A DNA stretch of 64,000 nt from Thermodesulfovibrionia bacterium (GCA_919902995.1 CAKKSD010000050.1:14499-78498); one strand, 5' to 3'; numbered from the stretch's first letter, positions 10,695 through 19,459 are shown. Numbers and translations are program-made. Notes: a model not told the origin generated them from the letters alone.

Positions 10695-11993
10695 ATGAAA
10701 TTCAGTCCCTTCATACTACTCTGTACCACTGGCCTCTTCGCCATATTCAGTTCCACTATCTCAAAGAGTCCTGTATTGCCATTGTTTGCCTCTCATCTTG
10801 GAGCTGAGCCTTCTGGTGTTGGAATCATCGCCTCTACATCAGCATTCACAGGTATCATTGCAAGCATACCTGCGGGCATACTCTCTGATAGATTCGGAAG
10901 AAAAAGGATGCTGATCCTTTCTGCTGTAGTATTTGCGACTGCCCCCTTCCTTTATCTTTTAGTCACAGAGATTTGGCAACTCGTATTGATCAGGTTCTAT
11001 CACGGCCTTTCAACAGCCATATTCATTCCTGTCTCAATGGCCCTGGTATCAGATCTCTTTCATAAAGAGCGAGGAGAAAAAATAGGATGGTTTTCAACAT
11101 CGACACTCGTTGGAAGGTTTATCGCTCCTGTTGCAGGAGGCAGCATCATCGGCCTGCTAACTTTTAATCCAGATATGAGTTATAAGGTTGTTTATATTGT
11201 ATGCGGGATTGCAGGTGTAATCACCTTACTGCTAACACTGAGGATACCTGCTTTTGGAGATACTGCAACTACAAATCGTCATTCCCACGAAAGTGGGAAT
11301 CCAGACGCCGTCCCTGCGAAAGCAGGGAACTATAAAGATCTGGATTCCTGCTTCCGCAGGAACGACACAGAAATACTAAAACAGTCATCTCAGTCTTGGA
11401 AAGAGACTTTAAAGGCATTCAAGTCAGTAATATCAAATAGGGCTATTCTTATTACCGCTATTGTTGAGGCATCTATACTCTTTGCCTACGGGACATTTGA
11501 AACCTTTCTCCCCCTCTATGTAATAAATATAGGTCTTAGTGCATATGAAATCGGAATATTCCTCTCAGCACAGGTAATTACACTTGCAGTAACAAAACCG
11601 ATTATGGGAAGATTCTCTGACAGACATGGAAGAGGTCCGCAGATATTTGCGGGTGCCATAATCGGAGCAGTCTGCATCGGAAGCTTTTCTCTTTTCAGAT
11701 CTTTTATACCCCTTCTTGCCTTGAGTGTATTATTCGGTCTGAGCCTATCTGTTGTAACATCAGCCACATCTGCCTTTATCGCTGACCTCAGCAGACGTGA
11801 GACCCATGGTTCTGCAATGGGGATTTTGGGATCGATAATGGACATAGGCCATACAGCAGGCCCTCTTGTTTCTGGGATAGTGGCTACCTATTTAGGTTTC
11901 GGCAAGGCATTTATAGTGGCGTCGTTAATCCTTGTAGCAGTAGCCTGCATATTCTTAGCAAAAACCTCTCAACCCAAAAATTTCCTTATGTGA
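10695..11993 (+). CDS. MFS transporter (DHA1-like) with an in-frame palindromic insertion in the central loop
   Basis: Motif A twice (GILSDRFGRKR, GRFSDRHGRG). About 12 hydrophobic segments. Confidence 0.9.
   Translation: MKFSPFILLCTTGLFAIFSSTISKSPVLPLFASHLGAEPSGVGIIASTSAFTGIIASIPAGILSDRFGRKRMLILSAVVFATAPFLYLLVTEIWQLVLIRFYHGLSTAIFIPVSMALVSDLFHKERGEKIGWFSTSTLVGRFIAPVAGGSIIGLLTFNPDMSYKVVYIVCGIAGVITLLLTLRIPAFGDTATTNRHSHESGNPDAVPAKAGNYKDLDSCFRRNDTEILKQSSQSWKETLKAFKSVISNRAILITAIVEASILFAYGTFETFLPLYVINIGLSAYEIGIFLSAQVITLAVTKPIMGRFSDRHGRGPQIFAGAIIGAVCIGSFSLFRSFIPLLALSVLFGLSLSVVTSATSAFIADLSRRETHGSAMGILGSIMDIGHTAGPLVSGIVATYLGFGKAFIVASLILVAVACIFLAKTSQPKNFLM
11278..11366. repeat. Palindromic mini-element inside the MFS coding sequence
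   Basis: gtcattcccacgaaagtgggaatccag...ctggattcctgcttccgcaggaacgac, same family as 9827-9977 and 36213-36294. Confidence 0.9.
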
Positions 11994-13429
11994 GCTGCCT
12001 CTACAAGCATGCTCGGTATATTAGCATTGTCCTTTTCCTTAAAAGCCTTGATAATCCTTGACGTAATAGAATTATGTTCAAGGTTTACATTGTAATTACA
12101 CCAATCCAGTTTAAGGGATTTTTTAACCTCATCAGGCAGTATTGTGAGCACATCCTCATTGAAAAATGACATTGCTGTTTTCATATCGAACATAAAATTA
12201 ACATGCATGTCTTTCATGCAACTAATATCTTCAGAATTGAGCACATTCAAACCGAGAATTTCCGGGGGAAGTCCTATGGAATAACATGAGGCACAGAAGC
12301 TTATAACTCGAGGTAGCCTTACCTTTCCTACACTCCTTGCATATCCGAAAAGGCCAACATGAAGTTTACGCATTCTCCTTTTTGGCACAAAGCTGGCTAT
12401 ATGATTGATGATTGGGGCGAGATGCTCTATCATTCTTTTATATTCAACGGATACCTTATCTATAATCTCAATACATTTACCTTCATCCAGTTCCTGTCCT
12501 CTCTTCATAGGTGAGGTCTTTAACTTATTAATAGCAGCAATTACATCAGGAACAGGGTTATCATACTTAAATGCTGATTGCGCAGTGAATGTCTGGACAT
12601 CAGGATATTCTTCCAATACATTAGCAATAGTATAGGGAGAAAGATGTCCTCTGAAAGGTGCCGTACCAGCGCCAAGTATCGGATATATATTAACCCCTGT
12701 TTCTTCAGAAAGTCTTCTTAAACGTCGCAGTGCAATTTTGTTGCAAAGAATAGCGCTTACCATTCCATAGTTCATAGCAGGATCTGACCTTGCTAAAAAT
12801 ACCCTCTGGTGTTTTATATCTTTGTCTTTAAGATATTCTCCCATAATATTATGCGCCTCAAGCATATGCACCTTATCTTCAAAAAGTGGTATCACATTTA
12901 TTGATTCAGGTTTACACTCACCTATCCATTCAGATATGGTAATATCGCCTTGATAAAATGGTTGGTTTTGTTTTCCTACAACAAAGTCCTTGTAATAGTA
13001 GTAAACCCTGTTCAGACTTTGGTGGGACATCGTCATAGGAAGAATGACCTCAAAGATAGGTGGAACTTCCTTTCCATAAAAAAGTCTTGCGGCATCACAG
13101 GAACGGGGAATACTTTCAAGGGTCTCTATTAGAACCTTCGCTTCTTCTTTTTCTATATCAGGATTTGGAACCCTCACCGTAAGAAATACATCTTCTCCGA
13201 GTTTTGTATTCTTAAAATAATGTTCATATTTAGTTAGAAGCTTTCGTACCACAAAAGCATCGACCTCTTTACCTTCAGAGTCCCACATCTGTTCATCACA
13301 TCCAAGATGGGAAAAGGCATAATACGCTTCCTGAACCTCATCATCTCCTGACATGTCAGGACTTTCTGCAAAAAATGGTAAAAGGACATTGTCAGGGTGT
13401 TGGGTTGACATTACCCTCGGTATCTTCAT
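11969..13429 (-). CDS. ppcA: Archaeal-type phosphoenolpyruvate carboxylase
   Basis: 486 aa. IPRVMSTQHPDN, EQMWDSEGK, RVFLARSDPAMNYG, PFRG, LFGYAR, LPRVISF. Confidence 0.92.
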   Translation of the reverse strand: MKIPRVMSTQHPDNVLLPFFAESPDMSGDDEVQEAYYAFSHLGCDEQMWDSEGKEVDAFVVRKLLTKYEHYFKNTKLGEDVFLTVRVPNPDIEKEEAKVLIETLESIPRSCDAARLFYGKEVPPIFEVILPMTMSHQSLNRVYYYYKDFVVGKQNQPFYQGDITISEWIGECKPESINVIPLFEDKVHMLEAHNIMGEYLKDKDIKHQRVFLARSDPAMNYGMVSAILCNKIALRRLRRLSEETGVNIYPILGAGTAPFRGHLSPYTIANVLEEYPDVQTFTAQSAFKYDNPVPDVIAAINKLKTSPMKRGQELDEGKCIEIIDKVSVEYKRMIEHLAPIINHIASFVPKRRMRKLHVGLFGYARSVGKVRLPRVISFCASCYSIGLPPEILGLNVLNSEDISCMKDMHVNFMFDMKTAMSFFNEDVLTILPDEVKKSLKLDWCNYNVNLEHNSITSRIIKAFKEKDNANIPSMLVEAAHIRKFLG

Positions 13430-13501
13430 TATTTTAACCTCAAATCTAAATAAAAGATCTTTACTACAATAAACATTAAACTGTCAATCGTGGATAAAGT
13501 A

Positions 13502-14509
13502 TTAAGAGCTTCTTAGTATATAAAGTAATATCAGATTTATCAAATATATCAACAATATCCCTATAGAATCCCATGCTAAGAGTAATCGCTTCTTCTCGGC
13601 ACGGTAGGTCAGACCGATAATTGCAATCGTAATCATGGCAATGGCTGACAAAGCAGATATTATATGATTTGGACTAACAAAGGAAAGAATCGGACCTTTA
13701 GTAAAAAAGATATCGTCAATGGCAAGGATGAAGATATTAAATATATTGCTTCCAAAGAGATTGCCTATTGCAAGGTCTATTGCATCCATTTTCACTGCTG
13801 CAAAGGAAACAACAACCTCCGGAAGTGATGTAGAAAGGGCTATAAAGATATTGCCTACAAATGTCTGTCCAAGACCAGTCGTTTCTGCAATGCCTTTACC
13901 TATCTTTGGTAGAAAAGTGGCAGCAACTATAATAAAGACAGCATTTATGCTATAGTTTATAATAGCAGTCTTAGTTGAGACATTCCCGTATTTCAATACA
14001 ACCTCCATCTCTTTCATAAATAAAGATATCTGCCTTTTTTCGTAGGTATAAATTAATCTCATAGCAATGAAATAGACAATAATGAAAAATAGTGTGTAAG
14101 AACCGATCCAGCCAAATGGTAAAATTCGGATTCCAAAAAACATGCTTATTCCAACAACTGATAAAAGCAGTATCCCAAATCCGGCAGAGATTACATGGCC
14201 ATGATGTGCCCTGGTAGATATAGGGGCTGGACGATAAATAGCATCAAGAAAAGCAAGGATAAGCATATTGAACACACAGCTTCCAAGCACATCTCCTACT
14301 GCGATGTCAGGTACACCAGCATAGGTAACAGAGCTTATCCCTGTAACAAGTTCAGGGAGGGATGTAACAGATGCCATGAGGACCACACCTATCCATGTTC
14401 TGCCAAGACCAGATTTTTCGGCAATGATATCACCGTATTTTGAAAGCCTTGTTCCTGAATAAAATATTACAGATGTACATACTATAAATCCTATCCAGAG
14501 GAGCATCAC
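13502..14509 (-). CDS. Sodium:calcium antiporter (CaCA/YrbG-like)
   Basis: Two alpha repeats: TSLPE...GDVLGSCVFN and TSLPE...GNLFGSNIFN. Confidence 0.9.
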   Translation of the reverse strand: MMLLWIGFIVCTSVIFYSGTRLSKYGDIIAEKSGLGRTWIGVVLMASVTSLPELVTGISSVTYAGVPDIAVGDVLGSCVFNMLILAFLDAIYRPAPISTRAHHGHVISAGFGILLLSVVGISMFFGIRILPFGWIGSYTLFFIIVYFIAMRLIYTYEKRQISLFMKEMEVVLKYGNVSTKTAIINYSINAVFIIVAATFLPKIGKGIAETTGLGQTFVGNIFIALSTSLPEVVVSFAAVKMDAIDLAIGNLFGSNIFNIFILAIDDIFFTKGPILSFVSPNHIISALSAIAMITIAIIGLTYRAEKKRLLLAWDSIGILLIYLINLILLYILRSS

Positions 14510-16491
14510 ACCTCATCCCTGAAATATTTCATTGCCACATCCATATTCTTCTTTTCACCTGTAAATATTATAATATCTCCTTCTTTGAACCTGAAATCTG
14601 GTTCAGGGTTTGTAAAAACATTCGTGCCTCTCCTTACGGCTATGATTGTAACCCCGGTTATTTTCCTTACCTGAAGCTCTGCTATACTTCTCCTCACTAA
14701 ATGTGAATCCTCAGATACTTTATAGCCATCCACTTTAATTTCAGGAAGCCATTCATATTTTTCAAAAACATGCCTCCTTGGAAGTTCCACTTTTCTCAAC
14801 ATTGTATAACTATCACTCCTCACCTTATCAACCATATCAAGTATAATATTATTCGGGAAATTGTACTTATGAAGGACCCTTGAAAATATCTCTACCGATG
14901 TCTCAAACTCCTCAGGTATCACTTCATCTGCACCGAGTTCCCTCAGGTCATCTACCTCAACAAGGTATCTTGTCCTTACGATGATATAGATATCCGGGTT
15001 TTCATGTCTTGCAATAGCCACAATCCTCCTTGCGGAAGCAGGGTCTGATATGGCTATAACAAGTAGCCTTGCCTTTTCAATGCCGAGTTTATGAAGTATC
15101 TCTTTGGATGTCCCGTCACCATAATATATCGGCTCTCCTTTTTTCCTCATCTCTTTTACTGTATCGCTATTCATCTCAAGCACAACATAATGGACATCAG
15201 CCTCTTTCAATACCCTTGCAAGGTTCCTCCCGTTAAGTCCAAAACCGATAATTATTACATGGTCCTGTCTTTTCCGTGGGAAACCTTCTCTTTCTGAAAT
15301 CATTTTAAGTCTGCTAACCCTTTTCAATAGATGCCTCGATGTTATCCAGCCAGATATTGAAGGTGCAACATTCAGGACAAAGGGCGTAATCATCATCGTT
15401 AAGACTGAAGATGAAAGGAAAATCTGATAGAATTCTTCTGTTATAATACTCAATGCCTTTCCTGCAATTGCAAGTACAAAAGAAAACTCTCCGATCTGAG
15501 CAAGTCCGAGACCTGTATGGATAGAAGTCCTCAGCGGGCTTCCTATCATCAGGGCAGAAAACATGCCGGTTATTACCTTGAGTCCAAATATTAGTACAAC
15601 AGCAAGGCCTATCTTGAAAAGATTATCAGAGACATAACCTATATCCATTAGCATTCCGACAGAAACAAAAAAAAGGCCTATGAAGCTGTCCTTAAACGGC
15701 ATTATATCCGCTGTTGCCTGATGTGCATACTCTGATTCTGATACTATAAGGCCGGCTAAAAATGCTCCAAGCGCCAAAGAAAGGCCAAACCTTGAGGTTA
15801 AGAGTGCTATGCCGAGGCAGAGGAGTATTATTGTGGTTATAAAAAGCTCCCGGCTTTTCGTATGCACAACCTGGTGAAGGAGTCTCGGGACCAGCCATCT
15901 TGCACTGAGAAGTACAACCGCTATAATCAAAGCAGCCTTCCCCATTTTGATTGCAACCTCCATTATGTCTATCCCCTCTCCCGACAAGGCTGGAGTAAGT
16001 AGCATTAGAGGCACAACACAGAGATCCTGAAAAATAATTATTCCTACCATTATCCGCCCGTGTGGGGAATCTGTTTCACCTTTTTCAGCAAGTAACTTGA
16101 AGACAATTGCGGTACTGCTCAATGCAACAAGAAACCCGAAGAAAACAGACCTATTGATGTTCCCTGTCACAAAATAGAAAGCGATAGCTGATAGACTTAT
16201 AGTAAACAATACCTGTATGCCACCGCCTCCTATCACAGTCTTCCTCATCCTTAAGAGTTTTGCCATGGAGAACTCGATGCCAATGATGAAAAGAAGAAGT
16301 ATTACACCAATTTCGGCAAGCAACTCAACAGAATGGGTATCTTTTACAATTCCTATACCATGAGGACCTATGATGGCACCTGCAACAAGAAAGCCTACAA
16401 TGGAGGGTATCTTCAACCTATGGAGTAAAAATACTACTAAGGCAGAGACACCGAAGATAATAACCAGCGATTTTAAAAATTCGGATTCCAT
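14506..16491 (-). CDS. CPA2/Kef-type cation:proton antiporter with RCK (TrkA-N and TrkA-C) domains
   Basis: LSSTAIV, FQD, GAFLAG, QIGEFSFV. GFGLNG Rossmann motif. C-terminal TrkA-C domain. Confidence 0.9.
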   Translation of the reverse strand: MESEFLKSLVIIFGVSALVVFLLHRLKIPSIVGFLVAGAIIGPHGIGIVKDTHSVELLAEIGVILLLFIIGIEFSMAKLLRMRKTVIGGGGIQVLFTISLSAIAFYFVTGNINRSVFFGFLVALSSTAIVFKLLAEKGETDSPHGRIMVGIIIFQDLCVVPLMLLTPALSGEGIDIMEVAIKMGKAALIIAVVLLSARWLVPRLLHQVVHTKSRELFITTIILLCLGIALLTSRFGLSLALGAFLAGLIVSESEYAHQATADIMPFKDSFIGLFFVSVGMLMDIGYVSDNLFKIGLAVVLIFGLKVITGMFSALMIGSPLRTSIHTGLGLAQIGEFSFVLAIAGKALSIITEEFYQIFLSSSVLTMMITPFVLNVAPSISGWITSRHLLKRVSRLKMISEREGFPRKRQDHVIIIGFGLNGRNLARVLKEADVHYVVLEMNSDTVKEMRKKGEPIYYGDGTSKEILHKLGIEKARLLVIAISDPASARRIVAIARHENPDIYIIVRTRYLVEVDDLRELGADEVIPEEFETSVEIFSRVLHKYNFPNNIILDMVDKVRSDSYTMLRKVELPRRHVFEKYEWLPEIKVDGYKVSEDSHLVRRSIAELQVRKITGVTIIAVRRGTNVFTNPEPDFRFKEGDIIIFTGEKKNMDVAMKYFRDEV

Positions 16492-16512
16492 GTTATTATA
16501 GTAGCATAAATC

Positions 16513-16659
16513 ATGTTCTACTTTTATGCAATTTGGTCAGCAATCCTTAATTCTTACAGAAAATGCCCTATATGCAGAAGGATTCAACACTTTAAAGGCA
16601 AAAAGAAGGGAGATAGTGTCAGATGTAAAAAATGCGGCTATCAGTTTGTGCTGAAATAA
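16513..16659 (+). CDS. Small Zn-ribbon protein (48 aa, below ORF-track cutoff)
   Basis: Hand-translated: MFYFYAIWSAILNSYRKCPICRRIQHFKGKKKGDSVRCKKCGYQFVLK*, with two CxxC pairs. Confidence 0.65.
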   Translation: MFYFYAIWSAILNSYRKCPICRRIQHFKGKKKGDSVRCKKCGYQFVLK

Positions 16660-16686
16660 CTTACTCTTCACCTTTCATTAAATTTA

Positions 16687-16881
16687 TATGCCCCGCTGCT
16701 TTCAGCGGGTGGGAAACCTTTTTTTAGTTTTGTCATTCCCGTGAAACTTGTCCTCGACTGCGATCGGGGAACGGGAATCCAGAGACATACAAAATACTGG
16801 ATTCCGCATCAAGTGCGGAATGACGACGGTGTTTGTTTTTTAGTTCATGATACCCCACTGCTTGCTGCGAGGAGGTTCATT
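16687..16881. mobile_element. Non-autonomous element with IS200/IS605-like hairpin ends and a nested GTCATTCC palindromic unit
   Basis: Ends atgccccgctgctttcagcggg and ataccccactgcttgctgcgaggaggttcatt. Interior unit at 16732-16824. No transposase. Confidence 0.55.
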
Positions 16882-16947
16882 GTAAATCGTAATAATACAT
16901 AGTTCTATGCTGAATGGGATCTCTTATAAATCCTATCCAGAGAAGCA

Positions 16948-17568
16948 CTATACCTCTTTCCCCTTAAACATCTTCAACCTGTAATAGGCCTCCCTTTCCC
17001 TCTCTCCGATATACTGGGAGATTGTCTTTATCTGATTTCTGAGGTCAGGCTGTATCCTTTCTTCAAGAACCCGTATTCTCCTTGTTATCCTAAGAATCTC
17101 ATCACCGAGCCTTTTCAGTTTACTCTCGAAGGTTGAGATCTCAAGCATCGTAGCAACGATAGATTCAAAGCGATGGGTACATTCATCAAGATGTGGTGTA
17201 GTGGAGAGGTAGTCATAACCCCTCTCTTCGGGAGACCTAACAAGTGTTTCGTGTACTACTACATCCCTGTACTTCAGTCCCCAGATGCTCTTTTCGTTTA
17301 TCTCAACTCCTAATTCCCTTTTGGTAACTGCTGTTATTGACTCAATGCAGTCCTTCCCCTCATGTCCAAGGCTAAGTTTCAGTTCTTCGATAGCCTTTCC
17401 ATATGTCTTTCTTATCTCCTCCCTCGACCTCAGAAAGGGAAGGGTTGTATTAAGAAATTCCTTTATAAGGGCCTGTCTCCTTGCCTTGAGAATCCCTATA
17501 CTGTTTGTAACTGACCGCGATTTTTCCTTAAGTATTAATAGATTTGTCCTTGTAGGGTGTATTATCAT
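16948..17568 (-). CDS. V/A-type ATP synthase subunit D (orphan)
   Basis: PTRTNLLILK...LKARRQAL...RITRRIRVLE...IGEREREAYYRLK, the NtpD-type pattern. Confidence 0.88.
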   Translation of the reverse strand: MIIHPTRTNLLILKEKSRSVTNSIGILKARRQALIKEFLNTTLPFLRSREEIRKTYGKAIEELKLSLGHEGKDCIESITAVTKRELGVEINEKSIWGLKYRDVVVHETLVRSPEERGYDYLSTTPHLDECTHRFESIVATMLEISTFESKLKRLGDEILRITRRIRVLEERIQPDLRNQIKTISQYIGEREREAYYRLKMFKGKEV

Positions 17569-17672
17569 CCTTTATTTATATGGCATGAAAAACATTCATC
17601 ATTTGTAAATGCATAAGATGGAACCGGCAGAAAGAAGATGAAGAATAAAAGTAGGAGAAACCCATGTGTCAT
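17565..17672 (-). pseudogene. Signal peptide plus CxxCH, 35-aa ORF (truncated cytochrome c or micro-heme peptide)
   Basis: Hand-translated: MTHGFLLLLFFIFFLPVPSYA-FTNDECFSCHINKG*. The stop overlaps the V-ATPase D start (ATGA). Confidence 0.5.
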
Positions 17673-17705
17673 GATTTTATTCCACAGAATCGATAGCTAT
17701 CATAC

Positions 17706-18716
17706 CTATTTCTTTTTAGGAAAAAAATAATCAATATTCGATTCTATGTACCCTTCGTATGCCACAACCAGTTCTACTTTTAAAGGTGTGACCTTCATTA
17801 ACTCCAGAAGTATATTAGGGTCCTGAGGTTGTGAAGTGGCTACAACAAGAATATCCTTTCCTTTCTTTTCAACTGGAATCACCTCTAACTTCCTCACAAC
17901 CTCTTCAGGTAAAATTGTAGCGACCTCTTTTGAAATACTCTTATCGGACAAATCTACCCATGGCAAATGAAGTTGAGTCGCCAAGGCAATACAGATATCA
18001 TTCGGTGTAAGATATTTAAGATCCACTAAGATTTGTCCCAATTTTTTCTTCGTATGCTCATGCTGGATGTTAAGTGCATTATCCAGTTGCTCATTTGAAA
18101 TGTAACCAGCCCCCATTAAAATCTCTCCTAATAAATTAGGTGTTTCCTTCTGTTTCTGCAAAGATTCATGCAATTGTTTTTGATTTATGATCTTCTTCTC
18201 TTGTAGAATAGAGCCAATTTTTTTCTCCCGCATCTTTCTCTGCTCCATGAGACCACTATTCAACCGTTGAATATCGATCTTTTTCTGATCAAGCAAGATT
18301 TTCCCTAAAAGCCTTTTTGAATCGATATTTTTTACTGCTTCGGCATTAACATAAATCCTCTCACTTTTATCTCCTGGATTAAGAGGAATCAAAAAGAATC
18401 CTTTATCGTTAGGATCATATTTAATAGTAGAACCGGTAATTATAGTGCCATCTTTTAATTCAATGGCAAGTTTAAAGGCCACTGTGCTCGCAAACATGGA
18501 TTGATCTATTGTTTCTGTTCGCAAAGGTGATCTTGTCTCGCCCTCTTTTTTTAAAAATAAAATCTCCTTTACTGAATCTATCTTTACTGTTTCAGTCTCT
18601 GTTGTTCCGTCTTCATTTTCGGTCTGCATGTGAAAGGTAGGTTGATTCATATGGAAGGAGTAAACAATTCCCCTTTTTTCTTCTCCGGAAAGAAATTTAA
18701 CTATAACTTTTGACAT
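17706..18716 (-). CDS. Stand-alone MshEN/T2SSE-N domain protein with a duplicated N-terminal beta domain and no ATPase domain
   Basis: Four LG-x-IL...I...L...L..Q motifs followed by a GspE-N-like segment (LPWVDL...VIPV...LVVAT). No Walker A. Confidence 0.75.
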   Translation of the reverse strand: MSKVIVKFLSGEEKRGIVYSFHMNQPTFHMQTENEDGTTETETVKIDSVKEILFLKKEGETRSPLRTETIDQSMFASTVAFKLAIELKDGTIITGSTIKYDPNDKGFFLIPLNPGDKSERIYVNAEAVKNIDSKRLLGKILLDQKKIDIQRLNSGLMEQRKMREKKIGSILQEKKIINQKQLHESLQKQKETPNLLGEILMGAGYISNEQLDNALNIQHEHTKKKLGQILVDLKYLTPNDICIALATQLHLPWVDLSDKSISKEVATILPEEVVRKLEVIPVEKKGKDILVVATSQPQDPNILLELMKVTPLKVELVVAYEGYIESNIDYFFPKKK

Positions 18717-18721
18717 AGTAA

Positions 18722-18886
18722 TTAATTATACAATATGGACATACACATTTCGAGAAAATAAGGTCTTTCCCCAGAAATCCTATTTCTCCTCAAGACGAAA
18801 CCTCCAGACCTCCTCTTCTCACCATCGAGTGTATCCTGAATTTCTTTCTCAACCTCTATTACCTTTGTCAGTATATCCTTTTCCAT
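18722..18886 (-). pseudogene. Probable 5' stub of a V/A-ATPase peripheral-stalk (G/H-like) gene
   Basis: Hand-translated 54 aa. MEKDILTKVIEVEKEIQDTLDGEKRRS looks like a charged coiled coil, then the sequence becomes featureless. Similarity is from memory only. Confidence 0.35.
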
Positions 18887-18893
18887 CTTATAT

Positions 18894-18927
18894 AAAAACA
18901 GAGGGGTAACCTATAACGGTTACCCCT
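18894..18927 (-). terminator. Rho-independent terminator
   Basis: Stem AGGGGTAACC/GGTTACCCCT with a U-run on the minus strand, downstream of the 18971-19459 gene. Confidence 0.7.
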
Positions 18928-18970
18928 TTACAATTTACGAGGTATCTGATCACAAACATAAAGTGATTTT

Positions 18971-19459
18971 CTATCTCCAATGTCCTGGAACCCAGCGGCC
19001 GCCTGGTCCACGACGTCCCGGCACCCACTTCTTCCCCCGGGGTGGTTCTCCCTTCCAGTGACCGGGAATCCATTTATCATCTTCCCAGTGACCAGGAACC
19101 CAATGAGCACCTGTGCCTGGTGATTGCATCGCCTTCCAGTGGCCTGCTACCCATCTTTTACCATCCCAGTAACCAGGAACCCATTCCTTGCCTGGCGGAG
19201 GAGGTGTTGGGTCAGGCACCCATTTACCTTCTACCCAGATATACGGTCCTTCTCCAGGCGGTGAGTCAACAGGTATCCATTTCCCTTCCGTTTTCACCCA
19301 TACTTTACCTGGAGGCGGTGGCTCTTTAGGTACCGCCATCGAAGAAGTACTTAAGAAAAAGAACAAAGATGCACTAAAAAGCGATATAAACATAACCTTA
19401 ATAAAGAACCGTTGATCAGTTCTTTTCCCTAACATTTCATTCTGCTTACTCCCTTCCAT
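18971..19459 (-). CDS. Secreted Pro/Trp-rich YXWGXW-repeat protein
   Basis: Signal-like N-terminus and repeated WVPGHW/WVPGYW units. AGGAGG RBS. Confidence 0.8.
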   Translation of the reverse strand: MEGSKQNEMLGKRTDQRFFIKVMFISLFSASLFFFLSTSSMAVPKEPPPPGKVWVKTEGKWIPVDSPPGEGPYIWVEGKWVPDPTPPPPGKEWVPGYWDGKRWVAGHWKAMQSPGTGAHWVPGHWEDDKWIPGHWKGEPPRGKKWVPGRRGPGGRWVPGHWR

